Made by a program: the position numbers and the translations under genes. Positions 37,101 through 47,164 of a stretch of DNA of 62,154 nucleotides are shown here, piece by piece (the stretch's first letter is position 1; each line of letters opens with the position of its first letter). Location: assembly GCA_049288455.1 (NCBI GenBank), contig JBAQHS010000298.1, forward strand, positions 1 through 62,154. The letters are read 5' to 3'. The notes under the pieces were generated by a model, which ran no database searches, was not told the DNA's origin, and saw only the letters and a list, made by a program, of their open reading frames with translations. This DNA comes from Gaiellaceae bacterium (lineage in GTDB: Bacteria; Actinomycetota; Thermoleophilia; Gaiellales; Gaiellaceae).

Positions 37101-37876
37101 GTGCGCGTCATCCTCACCTTCAATTGGCGCACGGCGAGCGTCATCGAGAGCGCGATCAGGCCGAACGTGAACGCGAATCCGAGTAGCAGCGCTTGCGCGT
37201 CCCAGCCGACGATCACCAGCGAGCGCAGCGCCTCGATCATGTAGCTGACCGGGTTGATCGTCGCGAGGTCGCGGAACCAGCGCACCTCGATCAGGTTGCG
37301 CGGCAGGTTCATGCTCGAGATGAAGAGCACGAAGAAGAGCAGCGGGAATTGCGACTGCACCCCTTCGCCCGAGCCGGTGCGCAGCGCGATCCACAGGCCG
37401 AGCGTGCCGAACCCGACTGCAATCAGCAGCGCGAAGACGAGGATCAGTGCAGCGCCGCCGACACCAGCGTCAATGTGCACGCCGGCGGCCAGTCCGACTC
37501 CGAGATACAGGCACGCCTGTACGGCGCCGAGCCCGAGGGCGCCGCCGATCTGGCCGAGCAGCAGTGCGGACCCGCGCACCGGTGTGAGCGCGAGCCGGTT
37601 CAGGAAGCCGGTGTCGATGTCCCGGGCGAGATCAGTGCCCGCGATACCCGAGGCGAAGAGTGCGCCCTGCATGAACGAGAACGGCAGGAAGAACGCGAGG
37701 AACGAATGCGTCGGAAAGCCGGGCAGGTGCGTCGCGGCACGCAGGCCGTTCGAGTTCACCGCCATCAGCATCAGCGGGAACGTGAGCGGCGGGATGAAGA
37801 CGCCGGGCTGCCGCATCGTGCGAACGAGTGACCGCCGAGCGATCAGCCACACCTGGTGGGGGACGACCATCTGCAC
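37097..37876 (-). CDS. ABC-2-type transporter permease (DrrB-like), first copy
   Basis: 'VWLIARRSLVRTMRQPGVFIPPLTFPLMLMAV' ABC-2 N-terminus. 259 aa. Confidence 0.8.
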   Translation of the reverse strand: MQMVVPHQVWLIARRSLVRTMRQPGVFIPPLTFPLMLMAVNSNGLRAATHLPGFPTHSFLAFFLPFSFMQGALFASGIAGTDLARDIDTGFLNRLALTPVRGSALLLGQIGGALGLGAVQACLYLGVGLAAGVHIDAGVGGAALILVFALLIAVGFGTLGLWIALRTGSGEGVQSQFPLLFFVLFISSMNLPRNLIEVRWFRDLATINPVSYMIEALRSLVIVGWDAQALLLGFAFTFGLIALSMTLAVRQLKVRMTRT

Positions 37877-37885
37877 CCGCCGTCG

Positions 37886-38863
37886 CTAGCTCTCTTCGGA
37901 GCCTTCGAGCGTGTGTCCCGTTTTCGCGAGGAACACGTCGTCGAGCGTCGGCTGGTGCAAGTTGATCTCCGCAGCGCGCACGTTCTCGGTGTCGAGGGCG
38001 CGAATCACCGCCGGCAGGTCACCGTGGCCGTTCATCTGCACTGCGAACGCTCCCGGCCGCGCGGCCGTCTCCTCCCCGAAGCGCTCGAGCAGCCCGCGCA
38101 GCCGGCCGAGATCGTCGTGGCGCTCCGGAACCACCTCGACGGTCGGCTTTCCGATCTCGGCCTTCAACTGGGCTGGTGTCCCCTCCGCGACGATCTTGCC
38201 GTGATCGATGATCCCGACCCGATCAGCAAGGACGTCAGCCTCTTCGAGGTACTGGGTCGTGAGGAAAACAGTCACGCCCTCGTCGCGTGCGAGCCGACCG
38301 ACCTCTTCCCAGAGTGCGGAGCGGCTCTGGGGGTCGAGTCCGGTTGTCGGCTCGTCGAGGAAGAGAATCGACGGATCGTGAATCAACGCGAGTGCAAGAT
38401 CGAGGCGGCGCTTCATCCCGCCGGAATAGGTGCGCACCTTGCGGTCGGCCGCCTGCGTCAGTCCGACCCGGTCGAGCAATGTGTCGAGCAACCGCTTGCG
38501 AGCATCGCCCTTGATGCCATGGAGCGAGGCCTGAAGTCGCAGGTGCTCACGGCCCGTCAGGAACGGATCGAGGGCCGCTTCCTGGAGTGCCGCGCCGATC
38601 GATGACCGCACCTTCGGCCCGTCGCGCACGACGTCGAAGCCCGCAACGGTGGCCCGGCCGGAAGTGGGCGGGAGGAGCGTCGTGAGCATGTGAACTGTCG
38701 TCGACTTCCCGGCGCCGTTCGGGCCGAGAAACCCGTAGATCTGGCCGGGCTCGATGTGCAGGTCGATTCCATCGACCGCCCGGACGTCCTTGAACTGGCG
38801 AACGAGGCCCTCGACCTCGATTCCGTGCCGGCCATTGCGCTCACCCTTGCCTGCTGGCGTCAT
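37886..38863 (-). CDS. ABC transporter ATP-binding protein (DrrA/daunorubicin-resistance-type)
   Basis: Start ATG 38863 (MTPAGKGERNG...IEVEGLVRQF). 'GPNGAGKSTT', 'YSGGMKRRLDLALAL' and 'ILFLDEPTTGLDP', plus a DrrA-type C-terminal domain. Confidence 0.88.
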   Translation of the reverse strand: MTPAGKGERNGRHGIEVEGLVRQFKDVRAVDGIDLHIEPGQIYGFLGPNGAGKSTTVHMLTTLLPPTSGRATVAGFDVVRDGPKVRSSIGAALQEAALDPFLTGREHLRLQASLHGIKGDARKRLLDTLLDRVGLTQAADRKVRTYSGGMKRRLDLALALIHDPSILFLDEPTTGLDPQSRSALWEEVGRLARDEGVTVFLTTQYLEEADVLADRVGIIDHGKIVAEGTPAQLKAEIGKPTVEVVPERHDDLGRLRGLLERFGEETAARPGAFAVQMNGHGDLPAVIRALDTENVRAAEINLHQPTLDDVFLAKTGHTLEGSEES

Positions 38864-38877
38864 ATAGGAGAACCTAT
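38864..38877. promoter_or_regulatory. Candidate operator palindrome in the MarR / drrA-like divergent intergenic region
   Basis: ATAGG-agaa-CCTAT abuts the drrA-like start codon. It is the only clear dyad in the 67-nt divergent spacer. Confidence 0.25.
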
Positions 38878-38930
38878 CGACCGGGGGCTCGCAACCGGCC
38901 CCGCGGCCAGCTACACTTGAGGGCGCAACT

Positions 38931-39416
38931 ATGACGACGACAGCCACCACTCCGCCTCCGCAGCTGCTCGATTCCTGGGTCTCCTTCTTGCGCGCCCACG
39001 CGGCAATCACCCGCGAGCTCTCGGCGCAGCTGCAGCGCGAGCACGGCCTGACGCTGAACGACTACGAGGTGCTGCTGCACCTCTCGCATTCCGAGGACAA
39101 GATGATGCGCCGCGTCGACCTCGCGAGCCGGATCCTGCTGACTGCGTCGGGAATCACTCGCCTGCTCGAGGGCCTCGAACGCTCTGGCTTCGTCGGCAAG
39201 GAGACGTGCGACTCGGACGCGCGCGTTTCCTACGCGAAGCTGACCGACGCCGGCTCGCACAAGCTGCGCGAGGCCGCGGTGACGCATCTGCGCGGCATCG
39301 ACGAGCTCTTCACGAGCCGCTACGCGGGCTCGGAGCTTGCGACGTTGGCCGAGCTGCTCTCGCGGCTGCCGACGACCGGTGAGGCCTGCAAGTCGCCCGG
39401 CCCGCCCTGTAGCTGA
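38931..39416 (+). CDS. MarR-family transcriptional regulator
   Basis: 'LTLNDYEVLLHLSHS...MRRVDLASRILLTASGITRLLEGLERSGFVGKETCDSDARVSYAKLTDAG' winged-HTH. GAGGG lies 6 nt upstream of the ATG. Confidence 0.85.
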   Translation: MTTTATTPPPQLLDSWVSFLRAHAAITRELSAQLQREHGLTLNDYEVLLHLSHSEDKMMRRVDLASRILLTASGITRLLEGLERSGFVGKETCDSDARVSYAKLTDAGSHKLREAAVTHLRGIDELFTSRYAGSELATLAELLSRLPTTGEACKSPGPPCS

Positions 39417-41191
39417 GCGTCCGCCCCCTTCATGTCCTTCGCGAGGCGGCGGAACGGCCCGTCGACCGCGAGCAGGTCTTCGAACGTGCCGCTCTGCGAA
39501 ATGCGTCCGTGCTCGATGACGAGAATCTCGTCGGCGCGCCTGACCGTCGCGAGGCGGTGGGCGATGATGATCGACGTGCGCCCGCGCAATAGCCGGTCGA
39601 GCGCGTTCTCGATCAGGACCTCCGTCGGCCGGTCGATATTCGAGGTCGCCTCGTCGAGGATCAGGATGCGCGGGTCGGCGAGAAGCGCGCGCGCAATCGA
39701 GATCAGCTGCCGTTCGCCCGCCGAGAGGCCCGAGCCACCCTCGCGCACCGTGTGCTCGAGGCCTCCATCGAAGCGGCGAGCCACGCGGTCGACGCCGACC
39801 GCATGTGCGACGTCCTCGACCATCTCGTCGGTGGCCTCCGGGCGTGCAAACCGGATGTTGTCGGCGATCGTGCCCGCGAACAGGAACGGATCCTGAAGGA
39901 CGACGCCGAGTTGGCGGCGATACGCGCGCAGTTCCAGCGAGCGAAGGTCGTGCCCGTCGACGAGGATCGCGCCCTCGTCGGGGTCGTAGAAGCGCCCGAC
40001 GAGCTTCGCCGTCGTCGACTTGCCGCCGCCCGACTCGCCGACGAGCGCGAGGCAGCCGCCCGGCGGCACATGGATGTCGATCGAGTGCAGGACCGGCTCG
40101 CGGCCATAGGCGAACGTCACGTTCTGGATGCGCAGGTCGCCCTCGATGCGGTCGGGCTTGCGCGAGGCAGCGTCGTCGTGGATCTCGGCCTCGGTGTCGA
40201 GGACCGTCGTGATCTTCTCCATCGCAGCGCCAGCCGACTGAACCTGCCCGTAGAGGTCGGACAGCTCCTGGAGCGGCTGGAAGACGAGGTTCAGCAGGAA
40301 TACCGACGAGACGAGCGTCCCGATCGTCAGCGACCCGTGCGTCAGCATCTGACCACCGACCCAGAGGACGGACGCCATCGCGACGATTCCGAGGAACTCG
40401 ATCCCGGGGAAGAAGAGCGAGTTCAGCCATTGCGCGTGGGTGTTCGTCCGGCGGTTGGCATCGTTGGCGCGATCGAATTCGTCGAGAAATGCACGCTCGC
40501 GGTTGAACGCCTGGATGACCGCCATGCCGGAGACCGATTCGGCGATCTGCGCCGTCAGCGACGAGATCGTCTCGCGGACGCGCAGGAACGCAGCGTGTGA
40601 GCGCACCTGGAACCAGCGGGTGAGCACGAGCGTCGGCGGCAGGATCACGAGGGCCACGAGCCCGAGGCGCCAGTCGAGGACGAACAGCCCGATGATCGCG
40701 GCGATCAGGGTCAGGGTGTTGACGACGAGCGTGGTCAGTCCCTGCGACAGGACATCCGAGAGCGCGTCGACGTCGGAGGTGAGGCGGGAGATGATCCAGC
40801 CGGCCTTCTGCTGCGAGAAGTAGCGCAGCGACAGCGTCGTCAGGTGGTCGAAGAGGTCTTCGCGCAGGCCGAGCACGACGTCTTGCCCCACGCGCGCGAG
40901 CCCACGTACGAGCGTCGTCTGCAGCACCCATGCGAGGGCGTTGATGCAGAGGTAGACGATGACGTCGCGCGTGAGGCGGCCGCGGTCGTGCGCCCGCATG
41001 CCCTTGTCGATTGCGTCCTGCACGATCAAGAGGGCTGTGACCGGAGCCGCGGCGGACGCGATGCCGACGACCGAGAGCAGCGCGACGCGCAGCCGGCGAC
41101 CCACGAGGTAGCGGCTGAGGCGGGTGAGCCCGACTCTATGCTTACGCGGCAGCGGAGATCTCCTCTCCGAAAAGTGCCGCGAACACGCCAC
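39320..41191 (-). CDS. ABC exporter, fused permease/ATPase (type IV exporter, heterodimer partner B)
   Basis: Six-TM domain plus NBD: 'GESGGGKST', 'LSAGERQLISIARAL' and 'ILILDEATSNID'. GTG 41191 overlaps the upstream gene by 50 nt. The 3' end overlaps convergent marR by 97 nt. Confidence 0.85.
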   Translation of the reverse strand: MACSRHFSERRSPLPRKHRVGLTRLSRYLVGRRLRVALLSVVGIASAAAPVTALLIVQDAIDKGMRAHDRGRLTRDVIVYLCINALAWVLQTTLVRGLARVGQDVVLGLREDLFDHLTTLSLRYFSQQKAGWIISRLTSDVDALSDVLSQGLTTLVVNTLTLIAAIIGLFVLDWRLGLVALVILPPTLVLTRWFQVRSHAAFLRVRETISSLTAQIAESVSGMAVIQAFNRERAFLDEFDRANDANRRTNTHAQWLNSLFFPGIEFLGIVAMASVLWVGGQMLTHGSLTIGTLVSSVFLLNLVFQPLQELSDLYGQVQSAGAAMEKITTVLDTEAEIHDDAASRKPDRIEGDLRIQNVTFAYGREPVLHSIDIHVPPGGCLALVGESGGGKSTTAKLVGRFYDPDEGAILVDGHDLRSLELRAYRRQLGVVLQDPFLFAGTIADNIRFARPEATDEMVEDVAHAVGVDRVARRFDGGLEHTVREGGSGLSAGERQLISIARALLADPRILILDEATSNIDRPTEVLIENALDRLLRGRTSIIIAHRLATVRRADEILVIEHGRISQSGTFEDLLAVDGPFRRLAKDMKGADAQLQGGPGDLQASPVVGSRESSSANVASSEPA

Positions 41192-42926
41192 CCTTGGCGA
41201 GGAGCTCCGTTGGCGTGCCGGACTCGACGATCGTCCCTTCGTCGAGCACCACGGCCCGGTCGGCGACCTCGACGGTCGAGAGACGCTGCGTCGCGATCAG
41301 CACCGTGCGGCCCGCAAGCGCGGGGCGGAGGTTCTCGACGAGGTGGCGCTCGGTCTGCGTGTCGACCGCTGACATCGGGTCGTCGAGCACCACCACGCGC
41401 GCTCCTGCGACGAGCGCCCGCGCGAGGGCGACCCGCTGGCGCTGACCGCCGGAGAGATTCACGCCGCGCTCGCCGATGAGCGTGTCGTAGCCGTCCGGCA
41501 GTTCCGCCGCGAAATGTGCGACCCCTGCCGCTTCGCAGGCTGCGACGACCTCGTCCCACGGGGCATCGGGCCGGGCCGCGGTCAGGTTGTCGCGCAGCGG
41601 GATCGAGAAGAGAATCGGCTTCTGCGTCACGATCGCGACCGCCGCGCGCAGGTCGGCGACCGCGAGGTCGCGGGCGTCGGTGTCGCCGACGAGCACACGC
41701 CCGCTTGTCGGGTCGTAGAACCGTGGCAAGAGGTTGAGCAGGGACGTCTTGCCGGCCCCCGTCGGACCGCAGACTGCGATCACCTCGCCCGGCGCGAGCT
41801 CGAGGTTCACGCCCGAGAGCACCTCCGAGCCGGAGCCGTAGCTGAAGTGGACGTCCTCGAAGCGCACCGAGAGGCCACCGGTCGCCGGCAGCTTGACCGG
41901 CGCTGCCGGCTCGGGGATCGACTCGATGCCCTGAAGCCACGCGAAGCTGCGCGACGCGGACGCGGTCGCCCGCTGCGCGAGCGAGAGGATCCAGCCGAGT
42001 GCTTCGAGCGGCCAGACGAGCTGAAGCAGCAGTTGGTAGAAGAGGAAGAATTCGCCGTAGGTGAGCGTCCCGCCGATCACCTTGCGTCCGCCGAAGAGAA
42101 CGACTGCGCCGATCGAGAGCGTGGGGAGGAAGAGCAGGCCGGGCAGGAACGCGGCCTCGACCCGCGCCTGGCGCAGCACTCCGTCGCGTACCGCCTCGGC
42201 CTTGCGCGCGAAGCGCTCCTGGACGTCGTCCTCGCGGCCGAACGCCTGCACCATCTCGATGCCGACGACTGCCTCGTCGGCGGCCTCGGTCACGTCTGCT
42301 TTCAGTTGCTGCACCTGGCGCGAGATCGGCATCACCTTGCGCGCGAACGAGAACGCGAGCACGAAGACGGCCGGCATCGCGACGAGCGCGATCGCCGCGA
42401 GTGTCGGGTTGACGAGGAAGAGCACGACGGCGATCCCGCAGATCATCATCAGCGACTGAAGGCCCTGCGTCATGCCCCAGCCGATGAAGTACCGCACCGG
42501 ATAGAGGTCGTTCGTCGCACGTGAGACGACCTGCCCGGTGGCGTGCCGGTCGTAGAACGCGCGCGGATAGCGCAGGTACGCCTGGTAGAGCAGCTCGCGC
42601 ATCCGCGCCTCGACCCGGATGCCCGTGCGGGCCGTCGCGTACCGGCGCGTGAAGTTCAAGATGAAGCGCGCGAGCGCGAGCAGCAGCACCGCGACGAGAT
42701 ACGGCCAGAGCGCCTTGCGGTGACCGTTCGTGGGCGCGATCGAACTGTCGATCGCGTGGCGAACGACGATCGGGATCGCGAGCGACAGGCCGCTGTAGAC
42801 GAAGGCGCAGACAAGCCCGACCGTGACGAGGCGCCATTGCTCGCGCCAGAGGCGGGCTAGCCCCTTCGCCGTCGGCCAAAGGCTGAGATCCGGAGGATCG
42901 ACGGAGAGGAACCGCTTACTCACCAC
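41142..42926 (-). CDS. ABC exporter, fused permease/ATPase (heterodimer partner A)
   Basis: 'GPTGAGKTS', '[15 protein letters not shown]' and 'VVVLDDPMSAVD' after a six-TM domain. Confidence 0.88.
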   Translation of the reverse strand: MVSKRFLSVDPPDLSLWPTAKGLARLWREQWRLVTVGLVCAFVYSGLSLAIPIVVRHAIDSSIAPTNGHRKALWPYLVAVLLLALARFILNFTRRYATARTGIRVEARMRELLYQAYLRYPRAFYDRHATGQVVSRATNDLYPVRYFIGWGMTQGLQSLMMICGIAVVLFLVNPTLAAIALVAMPAVFVLAFSFARKVMPISRQVQQLKADVTEAADEAVVGIEMVQAFGREDDVQERFARKAEAVRDGVLRQARVEAAFLPGLLFLPTLSIGAVVLFGGRKVIGGTLTYGEFFLFYQLLLQLVWPLEALGWILSLAQRATASASRSFAWLQGIESIPEPAAPVKLPATGGLSVRFEDVHFSYGSGSEVLSGVNLELAPGEVIAVCGPTGAGKTSLLNLLPRFYDPTSGRVLVGDTDARDLAVADLRAAVAIVTQKPILFSIPLRDNLTAARPDAPWDEVVAACEAAGVAHFAAELPDGYDTLIGERGVNLSGGQRQRVALARALVAGARVVVLDDPMSAVDTQTERHLVENLRPALAGRTVLIATQRLSTVEVADRAVVLDEGTIVESGTPTELLAKGGVFAALFGEEISAAA

Positions 42927-42977
42927 GGGAGGCTACCAGCCGCGCCCCGATTCATTAACGAGGTTAAGAGGTTGACG

Positions 42978-43017
42978 GAGGGGTCCGGCACACCACACGC
43001 GGCGTGCCGGACCCCTC
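42978..43017 (-). terminator. Strong GC-rich terminator hairpin after the hydrolase gene
   Basis: Perfect 14-bp stem gaggggtccggcac / gtgccggacccctc with a 12-nt loop, 8 nt beyond the stop at 43025. Separates the hydrolase gene from the ABC exporter operon. Confidence 0.7.
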
Positions 43018-43024
43018 GCTTTCG

Positions 43025-45097
43025 TCAGAAGCCCCGATCCTCCGGCAAGGATCCGGTGGGCGTCTCGAAGTACGGATCGGCCCCGTCGGGATCGATCGTC
43101 GTCGCGCCGTCGCTCGCAAAGAATGTCGCGATCTGGTTCTGCGCATCCATTGCGAAGGGCTCCCCGTTTCCCGTGATGTTGGTCAGGAACGTATGCGGGT
43201 TCAGGCTCGTGTTGAAGTCGACGTGAGCCTTGTCGTTGCGGAAGAGCGTCGCACGCGACGCGAGATCCCCAGCCCGGATCACCCTCGTCGCGGTCGGATT
43301 CGGGACGGTCTGATCTCCACGGGCGAACTGGAAGATGATCGGCATCGAGATGTGCGGCGCCCAGCCCTCCGGGTTGCCGGGCTGCTGCGCCCACTCCGAG
43401 TTGTCGATGTACTCCTGGATCGCAGCCGCGCCCGGAGTCGTGTCGATCACGGCCGGGAGGTTCCGGAGCGGCTCGTTCTCGACGAAGTTCGTCGGGAAGA
43501 GCGGGTTGTTCGGGGTGATCCCCGGGTTGAAGAGCGACGGCGTCCGCGTCACGAGGGCGTTGCCGACAAGCGGTCTGAAGCTCGGCGAGATGCGTGCGAT
43601 CTCGACGATCGGACCGCCGGCGACGTTCGTGACACCGGCGCGGATCGTCGGTTCGAGGCCGAGAATCTCCACGCCGTAGATGCCGCCGAAGGATTGACCG
43701 GTGTAGTAGATCCGCGAGGTGCTCAGGTCGGGAGACCCATCGCCGTCGACATCGACACCGGGGCTCGCCTGCAACATGTGCACCAGGGTCACCAGGTCGA
43801 ACACGGTCTGGCGCAAGCCGTCGCTGTTCGAGATGATCGACCCGTCGGCGGCGTTGACGCCTTCGGTCGACAGGATCGCGGTGTTGCCGTCTTGGTCGAT
43901 CCCCCGACCGCCGGCCGTGAACGTCTCCGTCGTCGCGCCCGCGCGAGAGACGGTGTAGGTGCTTCCCGCGCCGAATCCGTGCCCGACGACGTTGATCGCG
44001 ATCGTCGCGATACCCGAGTTCGCCAGGGACGACGCCACTGCCCACGGCGCGCCGTTCATCGAATCGCCGAAGCCGTGACCGAAGATCGCCACGGGCCAGC
44101 CGTTCGGAGGCTTGTTCCCCGCCGGCATGAACAGCGTGAACACGAGCTGGTTCGTGCTCTGGACCGCAGGCACGCCGGTCTTCGTCCCGAGCGGCGGGAT
44201 GAACTGCGATCCGTTCTCATAGTCGGGCGCGGCGAACGAGCCGTATGCGACTGACGCGACCTTGCCCGGGAAGTTCGTTGGGATGAACTGCAGGGCCGCC
44301 GGGCCGGCGAGGGTCGTCGTCGAGATCCCCCCTGCCGCAGTCACCTGCGCGTTCCACTTGATCGTCAGGCTCGGCGTGACCGGGAAGACCGTCCGGCTTC
44401 CGTCGGGTGCGAGATTGAAATTCGGGACAGGCGCGGGCGCCGACCGGATCTGGTCGCGGATCTTCTCCGAGATCGCGGTGACGCTTTGCGTGGTGAAGAG
44501 GCTTGCGTCGGCGACGTCATCCGGCGACACGCCCGCGGCGAACGCCGAGTTCAGCGCGTCGAGGACGGCCTTGCGATACGCCTTCCTGACGGGATCCTTC
44601 GTCTGGCCGAAGTTCAGGTCGTGCTGGAAGGTCGGTGCGACCGGGTCGCCGTTCACGTCTCGCACGCCGTCTGTGACGACGAGCAGATAGGTCGAGTCCT
44701 GCTGAAGTTGATCGTTGCTCTCGACGTAGAGGGTGTTTGTGAGCGGCTCCCAGACGGGCTGGTTGATGCCGACGACATGGTCGCCGGGCCCGACGAGGAA
44801 GATATTCGAGCTCGACACCGTGCCCAGGTCGATCGGTCCCGAGAACGGGATCGTGATGCGTGGCTGAATATTGAAGCCGTCGAGCGAGTTGAGTACCGCG
44901 TCGTCCGCACAGTCGGACGGTCGGCTGGCGCAGACCGGTAGCGCGACGTTGACCCGTAGGCCGGTCACCTGCGTGCTGTCGGCGACCGTGTCCAGGTTCG
45001 ATGGAAACGGCTGCAGCGCCTTCGTACCTGCGAGCGCCGTGGCCGGAAGGGCGAGCACGACCGCGATCATTGCGAGCGTGCGGAGAAGGATGGGCAT
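43025..45097 (-). CDS. Secreted alpha/beta-hydrolase-fold protein (lipase/esterase-like) with N-terminal Ig-like region
   Basis: Signal peptide 'MPILLRTLAMIAVVLALPATALAG'. Nucleophile elbow 'YTGQSFGG'. 'GHGFGDS' and 'VVGHGFG' oxyanion-like loops. 690 aa. Confidence 0.6.
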   Translation of the reverse strand: MPILLRTLAMIAVVLALPATALAGTKALQPFPSNLDTVADSTQVTGLRVNVALPVCASRPSDCADDAVLNSLDGFNIQPRITIPFSGPIDLGTVSSSNIFLVGPGDHVVGINQPVWEPLTNTLYVESNDQLQQDSTYLLVVTDGVRDVNGDPVAPTFQHDLNFGQTKDPVRKAYRKAVLDALNSAFAAGVSPDDVADASLFTTQSVTAISEKIRDQIRSAPAPVPNFNLAPDGSRTVFPVTPSLTIKWNAQVTAAGGISTTTLAGPAALQFIPTNFPGKVASVAYGSFAAPDYENGSQFIPPLGTKTGVPAVQSTNQLVFTLFMPAGNKPPNGWPVAIFGHGFGDSMNGAPWAVASSLANSGIATIAINVVGHGFGAGSTYTVSRAGATTETFTAGGRGIDQDGNTAILSTEGVNAADGSIISNSDGLRQTVFDLVTLVHMLQASPGVDVDGDGSPDLSTSRIYYTGQSFGGIYGVEILGLEPTIRAGVTNVAGGPIVEIARISPSFRPLVGNALVTRTPSLFNPGITPNNPLFPTNFVENEPLRNLPAVIDTTPGAAAIQEYIDNSEWAQQPGNPEGWAPHISMPIIFQFARGDQTVPNPTATRVIRAGDLASRATLFRNDKAHVDFNTSLNPHTFLTNITGNGEPFAMDAQNQIATFFASDGATTIDPDGADPYFETPTGSLPEDRGF

Positions 45098-45278
45098 TTG
45101 CGGCTACCCCCTTGCTATTCCCCTGATGGGGCTCGGACAATCGAGCTACGGATACTGACGCATCTCCGGATTGGACCAAGCCCTACATACCGCTTCCGTG
45201 GGCGGGCGCTGAGTCGTCGAGCGTCTGGCTTCCCACCAGATTCACTCGGACGACCAGTCGCCGGGCGCCTGCGACCAC

Positions 45279-45962
45279 TCAGGTGCTCCGAGCGACATGA
45301 CTGAATCGGCTCGACGGCTCGTGGCTTCCCGAATCCAGTCTGAACGGCGGGTACTCCGGCGTCATGAGCGCGGCATACGCCCCGACACGGACGACCCAAC
45401 GGTTCAGGCCGACGACAAGATCGAAAATCGTCGGTGGATATGCGCCACGGACGAGCAGCATGACCGCCGCCACAAGAACGAGGAGCCCGATGAGCCCGGA
45501 GAAGGCAACGTTCCAGTGCGGCCCTATCCATCCCAGGCCACCACCGCCGACGAGAATGCTTGCGATCAGATACTGCGGGACTCCGAGGAGCCACCATCCG
45601 ATCAACGCGAATCCCTTACGGTGCTCGACGGGGTATTCGATCGTCAGCCGCGCGGGATAGTCAGGCGCCTCCGCCAGCGAGAAGGGTGGGTAGCGATCTG
45701 TTCCGAGTGCGCTGTAGCTGTAGAAGCCGACACGCCATGTCCATCGCAGCACGCCGACATTGAAGTCGAAGATGCGGCGCGGATAACGACCCGTGAACAG
45801 GATCGCGAAGAACGCAAAGCCGGTTGACACGAGGAAGCCAAGCCAGAGAAACACGAGGACCACCGCATGTGGGATCACGAGGAACCACTTCACCAGCCAG
45901 AGCCAGCGGCTGAGGTTCGGTGACAGGTCAGCTTCGAGCCTGACCTTCGTTCGATCAACCAT
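45279..45962 (-). CDS. DUF4389-like integral membrane protein
   Basis: Start ATG 45962 follows AAGGAG. '[63 protein letters not shown]' is the DUF4389 pattern, duplicated in the C-terminal half ('[22 protein letters not shown]'). Confidence 0.7.
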   Translation of the reverse strand: MVDRTKVRLEADLSPNLSRWLWLVKWFLVIPHAVVLVFLWLGFLVSTGFAFFAILFTGRYPRRIFDFNVGVLRWTWRVGFYSYSALGTDRYPPFSLAEAPDYPARLTIEYPVEHRKGFALIGWWLLGVPQYLIASILVGGGGLGWIGPHWNVAFSGLIGLLVLVAAVMLLVRGAYPPTIFDLVVGLNRWVVRVGAYAALMTPEYPPFRLDSGSHEPSSRFSHVARST

Positions 45963-45995
45963 GACTCGCTCCTTTCCGCGTTTACCGCGAGGAAG

Positions 45996-46033
45996 CCGAT
46001 GCTGCGGCGCCTCCTGCAGCGCCGCAGCATCGG
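45996..46033 (-). terminator. Perfect 15-bp hairpin between the small membrane ORF and the DUF4389 gene
   Basis: ccgatgctgcggcgc / gcgccgcagcatcgg with an 8-nt loop and no U-tract. Terminator, attenuator or RNA-stabilising element. Confidence 0.45.
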
Positions 46034-46042
46034 TGTTCGGAA

Positions 46043-46300
46043 TCAGTCGTGCTCGCGCTGGCGCAGCCCGTACCTCGCGACGGCCCACGTGCCGATGGTC
46101 GCGAAGAGCGCAACAGCGACGGCTGATGGGACGCTCGAACTCGTGCCACCGGGTGTGGTGGAGGTGATGTTCGGCCCAAACATTGCGTCGAACAGCACCG
46201 CGAGCCACATCACGGTGATCGCCAGTGACGCCCACATCTCGGTGATGCGGAGCCACGCGAACCGGGTGTCGACCGAGGGCTCGTGCGGAATCACACTCAT
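46043..46300 (-). CDS. Small (85 aa) two-TM membrane protein, unknown function
   Basis: ATG 46300 follows GAAGGAAGGAGG. '[15 protein letters not shown]' and '[15 protein letters not shown]' hydrophobic helices. Confidence 0.55.
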   Translation of the reverse strand: MSVIPHEPSVDTRFAWLRITEMWASLAITVMWLAVLFDAMFGPNITSTTPGGTSSSVPSAVAVALFATIGTWAVARYGLRQREHD

Positions 46301-46429
46301 TTTCGGCCTCCTTCCTTCGGGGCAGCTTGGCACGTGTTGGCCTGGATGGCATCCGCGAAAATGCTGACCCGGATCCGTACATACCTCGTCTCGTTAACCC
46401 CAAAATGGGCTTCCGCCGCAAATCGCGAT

Positions 46430-47164
46430 TCAGGCCGTGCGGCGACGAAGAGTCGCGGCTCCGAGCGCGAGCGCCAGCACGATTCCCCCGACGACGACCC
46501 CGACGTCCGCTGTGAACCGAGCGTCGAACGTGTTAGCGGCTGTATGGGCAAGCGCGTCGTAGGCATACGTCAGCGGCAGCGCGTCGGAGATCCAGCGCAG
46601 CCACGTTGCCATCGCGTCTCGGGATACGAAAAGCCCACACAGCAGAATCTGGGGAAAGACCATCGCAGGCATGAATTGCACCGCCTGGAATTCCGTCTGG
46701 GCAAACGCACTCACGCAGAGACCGAGCGCGCTGCCGAGGACGGCATTCGAAACGGCGAGCACGGCGACAATCCAGCGCGGTCCCTCCACGTTCAGCCCCA
46801 GCAACCCAAACGCGAGTGCAGACACGATCGCCGCCTGCACGGCGGCGAGAAGGGCGAATGCGACGCCGTAACCCGCCAGTAGGTCGAGCTTGCCGAGCGG
46901 AAGGGCCATCAACCGTTCGAGAGTTCCGGAGAGGCGCTCGCGGAGCATTGTGATCGACGTGACCAGGAACATCGTCACGAACGGGAAGAGGCCGAGTAGC
47001 GGCGCACCAACATGCTGGAAGACGGGGGAGCGCCCGGCGAACAACTCCTTGAGCAACGTTTCGAGCAGGCATGGGACGCCGATCACGAGCGCGAGCGTGC
47101 GCGGATCGCGACGGAGCTGAGTAAGGACGCGTGTCGCGACCGCAGCCGTTGCCCGGAGCCTCAC
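46430..47164 (-). CDS. ABC-2-type transporter permease
   Basis: '[22 protein letters not shown]', '[15 protein letters not shown]'. Six TM segments. GTGA overlap with the upstream ATPase. Confidence 0.8.
   Translation of the reverse strand: MRLRATAAVATRVLTQLRRDPRTLALVIGVPCLLETLLKELFAGRSPVFQHVGAPLLGLFPFVTMFLVTSITMLRERLSGTLERLMALPLGKLDLLAGYGVAFALLAAVQAAIVSALAFGLLGLNVEGPRWIVAVLAVSNAVLGSALGLCVSAFAQTEFQAVQFMPAMVFPQILLCGLFVSRDAMATWLRWISDALPLTYAYDALAHTAANTFDARFTADVGVVVGGIVLALALGAATLRRRTA

Noticed and set aside
39320-39416. The 97-nt convergent overlap of the marR 3' end and the ABC exporter 3' end could be a functional antisense arrangement.
   Set aside because: Both proteins' conserved domains end before the overlap. 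The overlapping tails are low-complexity, which fits a chance lack of stop codons in GC-rich DNA. No independent evidence points to regulation.
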